A program made the position numbers and the translations under genes. From assembly GCA_964057225.1 (NCBI GenBank), contig OZ059898.1, positions 1,984,001-2,048,000 on the forward strand: a stretch of 64,000 bases of DNA, in the 5' to 3' direction. The notes under the pieces were generated by a model. That model searched no databases. It was not told where the DNA came from and saw only the letters and a list, made by a program, of their open reading frames with translations. Positions 24,201-37,100 of the stretch are shown piece after piece; within the stretch, counting starts at the first letter, position 1, and every line of letters begins with the position of its first letter. The DNA comes from Auanema rhodensis (taxonomy: Eukaryota; Animalia; Nematoda).

Positions 24201-27200
24201 TGCATTCGATGCGGATTTTTAAGCTGCGTCGATCTGTGTTATCAGATTTGCGCTAGCTTAAAAATGCACCGAGATATCAACTGATATAAGTTCACACTTA
24301 TATCCTCGATTTTCACCCTGAAGAATTAATTTTTTCGTTGAATAACATTGTCCATCGTCTTTGCCTTGAAAAAAGGAATCTAAAAACATCTACTTTTTGC
24401 TAAATTATTTTGAAATTTTTCGAAAAAATTTTTGTCAAAATGTTTTTGGAAGCAATGTTGAGTGTACATGGAAACTCAACATACACTAATGCATCATTTT
24501 TCAAACGATCATAACTAATTTTTGTATTAAGCGTTTCTCAGTGTAGTAGAGCGCATTCGATGCGGATTTTTAAGCTGCGTCGATCTGTGTTATCAGATTT
24601 GCGCTAGCTTAAAAATGCACCGAGATATCAACTGATATAAGTTCACACTTATATCCTCGATTTTCACCCTGAAGAATTAATTTTTTCGTTGAATAACATT
24701 GTCCATCGTTTTTGCCTTGAAAAAAGGAATCTAAAAACATCTACTTTTTGCTAAATTATTTTGAAATTTTTCGAAAAAATTTTTGTCAAAATGTTTTTGG
24801 AAGCAATGTTGAGTGTACATGGAAACTCAACATACACTAATGCATCATTTTTCAAACGATCATAACTAATTTTTGTATTAAGCGTTTCTCAATGTAGTAG
24901 AGTGCATTCGATGCGGATTTTTAAGCTGCGTCGATCTGTGTTATCAGATTTGCGCTAGCTTAAAAATGCACCGAGATATCAACTGATATAAGTTCACACT
25001 TATATCCTCGATTTTCACCCTGAAGAATTAATTTTTTCGTTGAATAACATTGTCCATCGTCTTTGCCTTGAAAAAAGGAATCTAAAAACATCTACTTTTT
25101 GCTAAATTATTTTGAAATTTTTTGAAAAAATTTTTGTCAAAATGTTTTTGGAAGCAATGTTGAGTGTACATGGAAACTCAACATACACTAATGCATCATT
25201 TTTCAAACGATCATAACTAATTTTTGTATTAAGCGTTTCTCAATGTAGTATAGTGCATTCGATGCGGATTTTTAAGCTGCGTCGATCTGTGTTATCAGAT
25301 TTGCGCTAGCTTAAAAATGCACCGAGATATCAACTGATATAAGTTCACACTTATATCCTCGATTTTCACCCTGAAGAATTAATTTTTTCGTTGAATAACA
25401 TTGTCCATCGTCTTTGCCTTGAAAAAAGGAATCTAAAAACATCTACTTTTTGCTAAATTATTTTGAAATTTTTCGAAAAAATTTTTGTCAAAATGTTTTT
25501 GGAAGCAATGTTGAGTATACATGGAAACTCAACATACACTAATGCATCATTTTTCAAACGATCATAACTAATTTTTGTATTAAGCGTTTCTCAATGTAGT
25601 ATAGTGCATTCGATGCGGATTTTTAAGCTGCGTCGATCTGTGTTATCAGATTTGCGCTAGCTTAAAAATGCACCGAGATATCAACTGATATAAGTTCACA
25701 CTTATATCCTCGATTTTCACCCTGAAGAATTAATTTTTTCGTTGAATAACATTGTCCATCGTCTTTGCCTTGAAAAAAGGAATCTAAAAACATCTACTTT
25801 TTGCTAAATTATTTTGAAATTTTTCGAAAAAATTTTTGTCAAAATGTTTTTGGAAGCAATGTTGAGTATACATGGAAACTCAACATACACTAATGCATCA
25901 TTTTTCAAACGATCATAACTAATTTTTGTATTGAGCGTTTCTCAATGTAGTATAGTGCATTCGATGCGGATTTTTAAGCTGCGTCGATCTGTGTTATTAG
26001 ATTTGCGCTAGCTTAAAAATGCACCGAGATATCAACTGATATAAGTTCACACTTATATCCTCGATTTTCACCCTGAAGAATTAATTTTTTCGTTGAATAA
26101 CATTGTCCATCGTCTTTGCCTTGAAAAAAGGAATCTAAAAACATCTACTTTTTGCTAAATTATTTTGAAATTTTTTGAAAAAATTTTTGTCAAAATGTTT
26201 TTGGAAGCAATGTTGAGTGTACATGGAAACTCAACATCCACTAATGCATCATTTTTCAAACGATCATAACTAATTTTTGTATTAAGCGTTTCTCAATGTA
26301 GTAGAGTGCATTCGATGCGGATTTTTAAGCTGCGTCGATCTGTGTTATCAGATTTGCGCTAGCTTAAAAATGCACCGAGATATCAACTGATATAAGTTCA
26401 CACTTATATCCTCGATTTTCACCCTGAAGAATTAATTTTTTCGTTGAATAACATTGTCCATCGTCTTTGCCTTGAAAAAAGGAATCTAAAAACATCTACT
26501 TTTTGCTAAATTATTTTGAAATTTTTTGAAAAAATTTTTGTCAAAATGTTTTTGGAAGCAATGTTGAGTGTACATGGAAACTCAACATACACTAATGCAT
26601 CATTTTTCAAACGATCATAACTAATTTTTGTATTAAGCGTTTCTCAGTGTAGTAGAGTGCATTCGATGCGGATTTTTAAGCTGCGTCGATCTGTGTTATC
26701 AGATTTGCGCTAGCTTAAAAATGCACCGAGATATCAACTGATATAAGTTCACACTTATATCCTCGATTTTCACCCTGAAGAATTAATTTTTTCGTTGAAT
26801 AACATTGTCCATCGTCTTTGCCTTGAAAAAAGGAAACTAAAAACATCTACTTTTTGCCAAATTATTTTGAAATTTTTCGAAAAAATTTTTGTCAAAATGT
26901 TTTTGGAAGCAATGTTGAGTGTACATGGAAACTCAACATACACTAATGCATCATTTTTCGAACGATCATAACTAATTTTTGTATTAAGCGTTTCTCAATG
27001 TAGTATAGTGCATTCGATGCGGATTTTTAAGCTGCGTCGATCTGTGTTATCAGATTTGCGCTAGCTTGAAAATGCACCGAGATATCAACTGATATAAGTT
27101 CACACTTATATCCTCGATTTTCACCCTGAAGAATTAATTTTTTCGTTGAATAACATTGTCCATCGTCTTTGCCTTGAAAAAAGGAATCTAAAAACATCTA

Positions 27201-29694
27201 CTTTTTGCTAAATTATTTTGAAATTTTTCGAAAAAATTTTTGTCAAAATGTTTTTGGAAGCAATGTTGAGTGTACATGGAAACTCAACATACACTAATGC
27301 ATCATTTTTCAAACGATCATAACTAATTTTTGTATTAAGCGTTTCTCAGTGTAGTAGAGCGCATTCGATGCGGATTTTTAAGCTGCGTCGATCTGTGTTA
27401 TCAGATTTGCGCTAGCTTAAAAATGCACCGAGATATCAACTGATATAAGTTCACACTTATATCCTCGATTTTCACCCTGAAGAATTAATTTTTTCGTTGA
27501 ATAACATTGTCCATCGTCTTTGCCTTGAAAAAAGGAATCTAAAAACATCTACTTTTTGCTAAATTATTTTGAAATTTTTCGAAAAAATTTTTGTCAAAAT
27601 GTTTTTGGAAGCAATGTTGAGTATACATGGAAACTCAACATACACTAATGCATCATTTTTCAAACGATCATAACTAATTTTTGTATTGAGCGTTTCTCAA
27701 TGTAGTATAGTGCATTCGATGCGGATTTTTAAGCTGCGTCGATCTGTGTTATTAGATTTGCGCTAGCTTAAAAATGCACCGAGATATCAACTGATATAAG
27801 TTCACACTTATATCCTCGATTTTCACCCTGAAGAATTAATTTTTTCGTTGAATAACATTGTCCATCGTCTTTGCCTTGAAAAAAGGAATCTAAAAACATC
27901 TACTTTTTGCTAAATTATTTTGAAATTTTTTGAAAAAATTTTTGTCAAAATGTTTTTGGAAGCAATGTTGAGTGTACATGGAAACTCAACATACACTAAT
28001 GCATCATTTTTCAAACGATCATAACTAATTTTTGTATTAAGCGTTTCTCAATGTAGTATAGTGCATTCGATGCGGATTTTTAAGCTGCGTCGATCTGTGT
28101 TATCAGATTTGCGCTAGCTTAAAAATGCACCGAGATATCAACTGATATAAGTTCACACTTATATCCTCGATTTTCACCCTGAAGAATTAATTTTTTCGTT
28201 GAATAACATTGTCCATCGTCTTTGCCTTGAAAAAAGGAATCTAAAAACATCTACTTTTTGCTAAATTATTTTGAAATTTTTCGAAAAAATTTTTGTCAAA
28301 ATGTTTTTGGAAGCAATGTTGAGTGTACATGGAAACTCAACATACACTAATGCATCATTTTTCAAACGATCATAACTAATTTTTGTATTAAGCGTTTCTC
28401 AGTGTAGTAGAGCGCATTCGATGCGGATTTTTAAGCTGCGTCGATCTGTGTTATCAGATTTGCGCTAGCTTAAAAATGCACCGAGATATCAACTGATATA
28501 AGTTCACACTTATATCCTCGATTTTCACCCTGAAGAATTAATTTTTTCGTTGAATAACATTGTCCATCGTCTTTGCCTTGAAAAAAGGAATCTAAAAACA
28601 TCTACTTTTTGCTAAATTATTTTGAAATTTTTCGAAAAAATTTTTGTCAAAATGTTTTTGGAAGCAATGTTGAGTGTACATGGAAACTCAACATACACTA
28701 ATGCATCATTTTTCAAACGATCATAACTAATTTTTGTATTAAGCGTTTCTCAATGTAGTAGAGTGCATTCGATGCGGATTTTTAAGCTGCGTCGATCTGT
28801 GTTATCAGATTTGCGCTAGCTTAAAAATGCACCGAGATATCAACTGATATAAGTTCACACTTATATCCTCGATTTTCACCCTGAAGAATTAATTTTTTCG
28901 TTGAATAACATTGTCCATCGTCTTTGCCTTGAAAAAAGGAATCTAAAAACATCTACTTTTTGCTAAATTATTTTGAAATTTTTCGAAAAAATTTTTGTCA
29001 AAATGTTTTTGGAAGCAATGTTGAGTATACATGGAAACTCAACATACACTAATGCATCATTTTTCAAACGATCATAACTAATTTTTGTATTGAGCGTTTC
29101 TCAATGTAGTATAGTGCATTCGATGCGGATTTTTAAGCTGCGTCGATCTGTGTTATTAGATTTGCGCTAGCTTAAAAATGCACCGAGATATCAACTGATA
29201 TAAGTTCACACTTATATCCTCGATTTTCACCCTGAAGAATTAATTTTTTCGTTGAATAACATTGTCCATCGTCTTTGCCTTGAAAAAAGGAATCTAAAAA
29301 CATCTACTTTTTGCTAAATTATTTTGAAATTTTTTGAAAAAATTTTTGTCAAAATGTTTTTGGAAGCAATGTTGAGTGTACATGGAAACTCAACATACAC
29401 TAATGCATCATTTTTCAAACGATCATAACTAATTTTTGTATTAAACGTTTCTCAATGTCGTATAGTGCATTCGATGCGGATTTTTAAGCTGCGTCGATCT
29501 GTGTTATCAGATTTGCGCTAGCTTAAAAATGCACCGAGATATCAACTGATATAAGTTCACACTTATATCCTCGATTTTCACCCTGAAGAATTAATTTTTT
29601 CGTTGAATAACATTGTCCATCGTCTTTGACTTGAAAAAAGGAAACTAAAAACATCTACTTTTTGCCAAATTATTTTGAAATTTTTCGAAAAAAG
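21270..29694. repeat. 351-bp satellite, middle block (24 monomers, 8,425 bp)
   Basis: The same monomer resumes in register (TTTTGTCAAAATG). Length is 24x351+1, with an extra T near 23281. Confidence 0.99.
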
Positions 29695-29877
29695 TATTCT
29701 ATTTTACTAGTCTACGACGTTAAATAAGAATTATATTTATTCGAAATGCTTTATTTCGTAATAGGTCCTCACATAAAACAAACAAAAAAAAAATTCAAAT
29801 TATCTCTCAGGTTCCCTTTCCCACGTTTCTTTGGGCGGGAAACAGTGAGAGTAAGCGATCGTCCTTATTCATTTCAG
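29695..29877 (-). repeat. 3' extension (29695-29728) plus rITR (29729-29877), copy 2
   Basis: Same sequence as 16843-17025. Confidence 0.93.
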
Positions 29878-30122
29878 GTGTCCAAAAAAGGAAGAATAGA
29901 AAGGCAGCATGACAATAACAAAATAAAAGAACAATAGTAACAGAAGGAAGGAAAGGCTGCGGATAGCAGGCAGCATGCTAATTTATCTCTTGCGGTCGTA
30001 GTTGGTGCGTTGTGCAGGCTTGAATCTGGAAAGTTATGATGAAGACATCGAAAGTGGGCGAGCTCGAGTGGAAGTCCTCAGGTTGGTTAGCGGGAGCGCA
30101 GTAGGGGTGGAGGTGGGAGATA

Positions 30123-30195
30123 TTCGAATAAATATAATTCTTATTTAACGTCGTAGACTAGTAAAATAGAATAATTATATTTATTCGAAATGCTT
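30123..30195 (-). repeat. ICR, copy 2
   Basis: Same sequence as 17271-17343, complementary to both termini. Confidence 0.93.
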
Positions 30196-30197
30196 CT

Positions 30198-31466
30198 TCA
30201 AAAAAGAATCTTGGACTGGAACGAGGTTCTTCGCTCATAGTGGGTGAAGAAGGTTTTTTCTGAAGCCCAGTTAGCCGCCTTGAGGATGTCGCCTATAGGT
30301 AGACCTTGCGCTAGTGCCTTCGAGGTCACAGCCGAGCGTGTTGAGTGAGCTTTGAAGGTAGTGGGTATGCCCGCGCTGTGCAGGGTCTTTCTAATCCAAC
30401 CAGAAATGGTGGTGGGTTCCACTGCTGCTCCATTCTTTCTGTTAAGAAAGAGGCATCTTGTTCGGCGGAGTTCCATGGTTCGAGATAGGTATTCATTTAT
30501 GCAGTTAATAGGGCACAGGTTATTGCGTTTAGGGAAGTTCTCGAACTTCGCCTCATGCGGGGGTCCCTTAGATCTGTTTTTATTGCGTTTATTTATGAAG
30601 AAAGTTAACCCTTCTGCGTCGATACGCATGTGATCTAGGGAGAAAACGGCCAATTCGCTCACCCTCTTTGGAGAGCATAGGGCCAATAGAGTGGCTAGCT
30701 TGTGAGTGAGAGACTCTAGGCTGAGTTGGACGTTGGGGCCCAGCCTATCAAGGAAGTCCAAGACTTCGGAGGGGTCCCATGTGTCTACGTACCTAGCCCC
30801 TGAAGGCTTCTCTCTGAACAAACCCCTCATGAGGCGGAGGAGCAGCACGTTCTCCTTTAGGGAGGGGGAGACCCCTAGGTGATCGGCCAATGCGGATATC
30901 GCTACCTTGTGTATGCGTACTGTGGAGAAGGCCTTAGTTTGAGCGAGAAATGATAGATAGTTAGCAACCGTTACTGGGTTGGGAGTAAAAGGTATCTTCT
31001 GCTCATTGCAGTAAGCTTTCCAGTTCTTGAGAGCACAGCCGTACTGTTTGCGTGTTCCTGGGGCCCAGGATTCGTTTAGGAGTCTCTTAATCTCTGCTGT
31101 TACTCCCTCAAAGGAGTTTGTTAAATCTTCCACGCTGCTAATTGGAAATTCGGCGACTGCAGGAGAGGATGTGGGTTTCCTTCCCGGTCGGACAGCAGGT
31201 TCGGGTGTTGGAGCAGCAAGGGAGGCTCCTTGGATCTCTCTTGGAGTAGGGGAAACCACATTTGGCTCTTCCAGAATGGTGCTATCACTATAGCCGACCT
31301 CTGGGAGCTGGCGAGCTTTCCTAAGGTCTTGTGCAGGAGGTGGAAAGGTGGAAATACGTAAAGTAATCCGTCTGGCAGCTGCTGCCAATTGAACAAGAGT
31401 GCGTTCACTCCTAATGCGGCGCAATCTGGAAAGAAGGAGTAGAAAAGGGCGCATTTGGCGTTCCAA
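30198..31466 (-). CDS. Tyrosine recombinase (DIRS YR), copy 2
   Basis: Translation identical to 17346-18614. Confidence 0.95.
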   Translation of the reverse strand: MERQMRPFLLLLSRLRRIRSERTLVQLAAAARRITLRISTFPPPAQDLRKARQLPEVGYSDSTILEEPNVVSPTPREIQGASLAAPTPEPAVRPGRKPTSSPAVAEFPISSVEDLTNSFEGVTAEIKRLLNESWAPGTRKQYGCALKNWKAYCNEQKIPFTPNPVTVANYLSFLAQTKAFSTVRIHKVAISALADHLGVSPSLKENVLLLRLMRGLFREKPSGARYVDTWDPSEVLDFLDRLGPNVQLSLESLTHKLATLLALCSPKRVSELAVFSLDHMRIDAEGLTFFINKRNKNRSKGPPHEAKFENFPKRNNLCPINCINEYLSRTMELRRTRCLFLNRKNGAAVEPTTISGWIRKTLHSAGIPTTFKAHSTRSAVTSKALAQGLPIGDILKAANWASEKTFFTHYERRTSFQSKILF

Positions 31467-33943
31467 GTGGACGCGAACAGGTCTATTTTGGGTTCACCCC
31501 ATTTGGAAAATATTGATCTAGTGATCTCCGGATGGAGCGACCAGTCTTCCTTCAAAATTCTGCCGCGGGACAGGCAGTCGGCAGCCGTATTGACTTTTCC
31601 CGCTATATGCGATGCTCTGATTCTGAGCTTACGGGTATCGGCAAATTGCCATAACTCCAGTGCTAATCTAGTGCCCTTCTGGGATTGACTCCCGCCCCTA
31701 CGGTTGATGTAGGCAATGGCAGAAGTATTATCTAAGAGTAAGAGAACGTCGAGATTGCGCCAAGTCTTGCCGAACTCTGTTAGACCCTTCTTTGCTGCAA
31801 TCAGCTCCAGCCAGTTTATATGGTAGTTAATGCGTTCTGCCTCGGACCAAGATCCTGACAAGGTATTACCTTCCCACGAAGCGCCAAAACCCTCCAGGGA
31901 GGCATCTGAGGTAATGGAGTATCGGGGAGAAAAGGGCGTGAACGAGGATACTTCTGATAGGCGGGGAACGTCCTTGGTTCGAAGATCCTCCAGGATCTTT
32001 CTTAACGATCGATCTATTCTTAGAATCTGAGGGAAGGCATTGGGATCATTTACGTTCGTAATTCCTTTAAGCCGTAGGAGGAAGTGCAGTTCACGGTTTC
32101 TGAAGGAGAGGTTAGGTGCTACCAGAGACGCAAAGTTCAATTTTCCCATTAGCGAGGCTAATGCTCTTATACTCAGCTCTGATTGAGCTGTTAAACGAGT
32201 GAGAGACTCGAGCAAACCCTTTTTCTTGGCCTTTGGGAGAGACCAGCTCATCGATCTTGAATTCAGCTGAATACCAAGAAATTCTATTTCTTGTGTGGGT
32301 ATCATAATTGATTTATCCCAGTTTATCGTAAAACCCGCGCGATCAAAAGTAATTAGAATCTCTGTTAGTTGGGACCTGAGACAATCAGGATCCTCCGAGA
32401 TGAACAGCCAGTCATCTAAGTAGTTGATGAGATTGATCCCTTTACCCCGAAAATGGGATACCAGAACACGCATTAGCTTATGGAATATGTAGGGGGCGGA
32501 GCTCAGCCCAAAAGGGAGTGCTCTAAATAGGAAAGTGCGCCCCTCTGCTGTGAAAGCTAGGAAGGGTTGATCCTTCGGATCGATACTAATCGCGTGGTAG
32601 GCTGAATGGAAATCGATTTTGATCATGAAATTATCCTGTCGTAGGAGCGACGGGATGTCCCGAAGGGATTCTAGCTTGAACTTGGGTACTCGAAGAAAAG
32701 TGTTCAGGCGCTTTAAATTGAGGATGAAACGGGCCGTGCCGTCCGCCTTGGGAACGTGGAAGGTCGGGGATATGAAAACCTTCTCCCTCGGGGCGGCCTC
32801 TCGAATGGCGCCAGTGTACAGCAGTTCCTGGATATCCGACCTGGGTTGCTCCGGCAAGGTAGAGCAGATGGGTGGCAGCGATAAAGGTGGAGGTGTGCGG
32901 GCAAAGGGGAGACTATAGCCCTGAACCGCGTTAAGGATCTCCTTGTCCCTGGAGATGGACGCCCAAAAGGTTGTGGTGGAGGATACCCGGCATGCGAAAG
33001 GAAAAGTGACTAACCTCTTTCTCTGGTTAGTAGCGAACGTTGAGAAGGTAGCTTGTCTCTTGGGAGCTGAGCGTGGCCGTTGGGCATCATTCCTGCGAGG
33101 AGTTGTTCTGGAGCTTCTGGACAGTTCGGAGTACGACGATAGTTCTGCTCTGAGCTTCTTGCCAAACAGTTCGGGTGCCGAATCCTCTGGAGCGTTGTCT
33201 ACCGGGATCACGGTTCCATAGATGGGAGACTTCTTGAAGCTAGGCATGGCTCGGTAGGGTTGAGAGATCTTCATCTTGGTTACAGCACACTCTCGCAAGT
33301 TGGTGCAGTGGGTCTTGATGTTAGCGCTGAGGAAGCGCTCCACTATGGCAAAGTATGCCTCCTGTTTTGTTGACAGACGAGAGTCCCTATCTATCCTGCC
33401 CAGCTTGCGAATTATCTTGATGTTAGAAAGAACGATTAGATCATTCTCGTATGCCGTGCGTATCTCAGCTTCGGACAGACGGATAGTGGGCTTGATGTTA
33501 TTGTCCACGTGAGTAGTGTAGCGGTCGTCCAAGACCGGTAGTCGAGCGAACGGTGAGTCGATATTAGGGAGTTCCGAGATGAGCTCAGCTCTCTCGGTCG
33601 AGGACATGAGCAGTCCCGAGGCGAGTCTCTCGAAATCAGCAGTCTCGGAGGAAGATAGGCGAACGAGTGGCCTAGATCTGGGTCCGTGTGCCTCCGGTGG
33701 CATGGGGACCGTTTCGTCTTCGTCGTCCTCTGAATAGAGGTCCTCTTTCTCGGGCTGGTCCGAGTTCGGAGGTGGTGGGGAAGGAGCTTCTACCCTTCTC
33801 CTCTCGACGTGTTGACGGTCGGTGGAGATAGACGTTGGAGATGTTGAGCGTGACGATCTCGAAGAAGAAGAGCTGAAGGCTCGTACTCTTCTCGGAGAAG
33901 TTTCAGTCGGGGCTTGTCCCTGACGAGTGTGGCTTGGAGCCAT
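31121..33943 (-). CDS. Fused Gag/RT/RNase H/MT-like polyprotein, copy 2
   Basis: Translation identical to 18269-21091. Confidence 0.96.
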   Translation of the reverse strand: MAPSHTRQGQAPTETSPRRVRAFSSSSSRSSRSTSPTSISTDRQHVERRRVEAPSPPPPNSDQPEKEDLYSEDDEDETVPMPPEAHGPRSRPLVRLSSSETADFERLASGLLMSSTERAELISELPNIDSPFARLPVLDDRYTTHVDNNIKPTIRLSEAEIRTAYENDLIVLSNIKIIRKLGRIDRDSRLSTKQEAYFAIVERFLSANIKTHCTNLRECAVTKMKISQPYRAMPSFKKSPIYGTVIPVDNAPEDSAPELFGKKLRAELSSYSELSRSSRTTPRRNDAQRPRSAPKRQATFSTFATNQRKRLVTFPFACRVSSTTTFWASISRDKEILNAVQGYSLPFARTPPPLSLPPICSTLPEQPRSDIQELLYTGAIREAAPREKVFISPTFHVPKADGTARFILNLKRLNTFLRVPKFKLESLRDIPSLLRQDNFMIKIDFHSAYHAISIDPKDQPFLAFTAEGRTFLFRALPFGLSSAPYIFHKLMRVLVSHFRGKGINLINYLDDWLFISEDPDCLRSQLTEILITFDRAGFTINWDKSIMIPTQEIEFLGIQLNSRSMSWSLPKAKKKGLLESLTRLTAQSELSIRALASLMGKLNFASLVAPNLSFRNRELHFLLRLKGITNVNDPNAFPQILRIDRSLRKILEDLRTKDVPRLSEVSSFTPFSPRYSITSDASLEGFGASWEGNTLSGSWSEAERINYHINWLELIAAKKGLTEFGKTWRNLDVLLLLDNTSAIAYINRRGGSQSQKGTRLALELWQFADTRKLRIRASHIAGKVNTAADCLSRGRILKEDWSLHPEITRSIFSKWGEPKIDLFASTWNAKCALFYSFFPDCAALGVNALLFNWQQLPDGLLYVFPPFHLLHKTLGKLASSQRSAIVIAPFWKSQMWFPLLQERSKEPPLLLQHPNLLSDREGNPHPLLQSPNFQLAAWKI
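31426..33014 (-). other. Predicted Gag-YR intron, copy 2
   Basis: Same donor and acceptor as copy 1, offset by 12,852. Confidence 0.55.
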
Positions 33944-33974
33944 GGACGATCGTATGTGAGGCTCAACGAAAAAA

Positions 33975-34122
33975 CTGGAATGAATAGGGACGATCGCTTA
34001 CTCTCACTGTTTCCCGCCCAAAGAAACGTGGGAAAGGGAACCTGAGAGATAATTTGAATTTTTTTTTGTTTGTTTTATGTGAGGACCTATTACGAAATAA
34101 AGCATTTCGAATAAATATAATT
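33975..34122 (-). repeat. 5' ITR, copy 2
   Basis: Same sequence as 21123-21270. Confidence 0.93.
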
Positions 34123-37100
34123 TTTGTCAAAATGTTTTTGGAAGCAATGTTGAGTGTACATGGAAACTCAACATACACTAATGCATCATTTTTCAAACGA
34201 CCATAACTAATTTTTGTATTAAGCGTTTCTCAATGTAGTATAGTGCATTCGATGCGGATTTTTAAGCTGCGTCGATCTGTGTTATTAGATTTGCGCTAGC
34301 TTAAAAATGCACCGAGATATCAACTGATATAAGTTCACACTTATATCCTCGATTTTCACCCTGAAGAATTAATTTTTTCGTTGAATAACATTGTCCATCG
34401 TCTTTGCCTTGAAAAAAGGAAACTAAAAACATCTACTTTTTGCCAAATTATTTTGAAATTTTTCGAAAAAATTTTTGTCAAAATGTTTTTGGAAGCAATG
34501 TTGAGTGTACATGGAAACTCAACATACACTAATGCATCATTTTTCGAACGATCATAACTAATTTTTGTATTAAGCGTTTCTCAATGTAGTATAGTGCATT
34601 CGATGCGGATTTTTATGCTGCGTCGATCTGTGTTATTAGATTTGCGCTAGCTTAAAAATGCACCGAGATATCAACTGATATAAGTTCACACTTATATCCT
34701 CGATTTTCACCCTGAAGAATTAATTTTTTCGTTGAATAACATTGTCCATCGTCTTTGCCTTGAAAAAAGGAATCTAAAAACATCTACTTTTTGCTAAATT
34801 ATTTTGAAATTTTTCGAAAAAATTTTTGTCAAAATGTTTTTGGAAGCAATGTTGAGTGTACATGGAAACTCAACATACACTAATGCATCATTTTTCAAAC
34901 GATCATAACTAATTTTTGTATTAAGCGTTTCTCAGTGTAGTAGAGTGCATTCGATGCGGATTTTTAAGCTGCGTCGATCTGTGTTATCAGATTTGCGCTA
35001 GCTTAAAAATGCACCGAGATATCAACTGATATAAGTTCACACTTATATCCTCGATTTTCACCCTGAAGAATTAATTTTTTCGTTGAATAACATTGTCCAT
35101 CGTCTTTGCCTTGAAAAAAGGAATCTAAAAACATCTACTTTTTGCTAAATTATTTTGAAATTTTTCGAAAAAATTTTTGTCAAAATGTTTTTGGAAGCAA
35201 TGTTGAGTGTACATGGAAACTCAACATCCACTAATGCATCATTTTTCAAACGATCATAACTAATTTTTGTATTAAGCGTTTCTCAATGTAGTAGAGTGCA
35301 TTCGATGCGGATTTTTAAGCTGCGTCGATCTGTGTTATCAGATTTGCGCTAGCTTAAAAATGCACCGAGATATCAACTGATATAAGTTCACACTTATATC
35401 CTCGATTTTCACCCTGAAGAATTAATTTTTTCGTTGAATAACATTGTCCATCGTCTTTGACTTGAAAAAAGGAAACTAAAAACATCTACTTTTTGCCAAA
35501 TTATTTTGAAATTTTTCGAAAAAATTTTTGTCAAAATGTTTTTGGAAGCAATGTTGAGTGTACATGGAAACTCAACATACACTAATGCATCATTTTTCGA
35601 ACGATCATAACTAATTTTTGTATTAAGCGTTTCTCAATGTAGTATAGTGCATTCGATGCGGATTTTTAAGCTGCGTCGATCTGTGTTATCAGATTTGCGC
35701 TAGCTTGAAAATGCACCGAGATATCAACTGATATAAGTTCACACTTATATCCTCGATTTTCACCCTGAAGAATTAATTTTTTTTGTTGAATAACATTGTC
35801 CATCGTCTTTGCCTTGAAAAAAGGAATCTAAAAACATCTACTTTTTGCTAAATTATTTTGAAATTTTTCGAAAAAATTTTTGTCAAAATGTTTTTGGAAG
35901 CAATGTTGAGTGTACATGGAAACTCAACATACACTAATGCATCATTTTTCAAACGATCATAACTAATTTTTGTATTAAGCGTTTCTCAGTGTAGTAGAGC
36001 GCATTCGATGCGGATTTTTAAGCTGCGTCGATCTGTGTTATCAGATTTGCGCTAGCTTAAAAATGCACCGAGATATCAACTGATATAAGTTCACACTTAT
36101 ATCCTCGATTTTCACCCTGAAGAATTAATTTTTTCGTTGAATAACATTGTCCATCGTTTTTGCCTTGAAAAAAGGAATCTAAAAACATCTACTTTTTGCT
36201 AAATTATTTTGAAATTTTTCGAAAAAATTTTTGTCAAAATGTTTTTGGAAGCAATGTTGAGTGTACATGGAAACTCAACATACACTAATGCATCATTTTT
36301 CAAACGATCATAACTAATTTTTGTATTAAGCGTTTCTCAATGTAGTAGAGTGCATTCGATGCGGATTTTTAAGCTGCGTCGATCTGTGTTATCAGATTTG
36401 CGCTAGCTTAAAAATGCACCGAGATATCAACTGATATAAGTTCACACTTATATCCTCGATTTTCACCCTAAAGAATTAATTTTTTCGTTGAATAACATTG
36501 TCCATCGTCTTTGCCTTGAAAAAAGGAATCTAAAAACATCTACTTTTTGCTAAATTATTTTGAAATTTTTTGAAAAAATTTTTGTCAAAATGTTTTTGGA
36601 AGCAATGTTGAGTGTACATGGAAACTCAACATACACTAATGCATCATTTTTCAAACGATCATAACTAATTTTTGTATTAAGCGTTTCTCAATGTAGTATA
36701 GTGCATTCGATGCGGATTTTTAAGCTGCGTCGATCTGTGTTATCAGATTTGCGCTAGCTTAAAAATGCACCGAGATATCAACTGATATAAGTTCACACTT
36801 ATATCCTCGATTTTCACCCTGAAGAATTAATTTTTTCGTTGAATAACATTGTCCATCGTCTTTGCCTTGAAAAAAGGAATCTAAAAACATCTACTTTTTG
36901 CTAAATTATTTTGAAATTTTTCGAAAAAATTTTTGTCAAAATGTTTTTGGAAGCAATGTTGAGTGTACATGGAAACTCAACATACACTAATGCATCATTT
37001 TTCAAACGATCATAACTAATTTTTGTATTAAGCGTTTCTCAGTGTAGTAGAGCGCATTCGATGCGGATTTTTAAGCTGCGTCGATCTGTGTTATCAGATT

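Larger units (their letters stand above)
29695..34121 (-). mobile_element. DIRS1-like retrotransposon, copy 2, full length (4,427 bp)
   Basis: All ORFs translate identically to copy 1 at a constant offset of 12,852. Termini, ITR mismatches and homopolymer lengths are the same. Confidence 0.97.
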
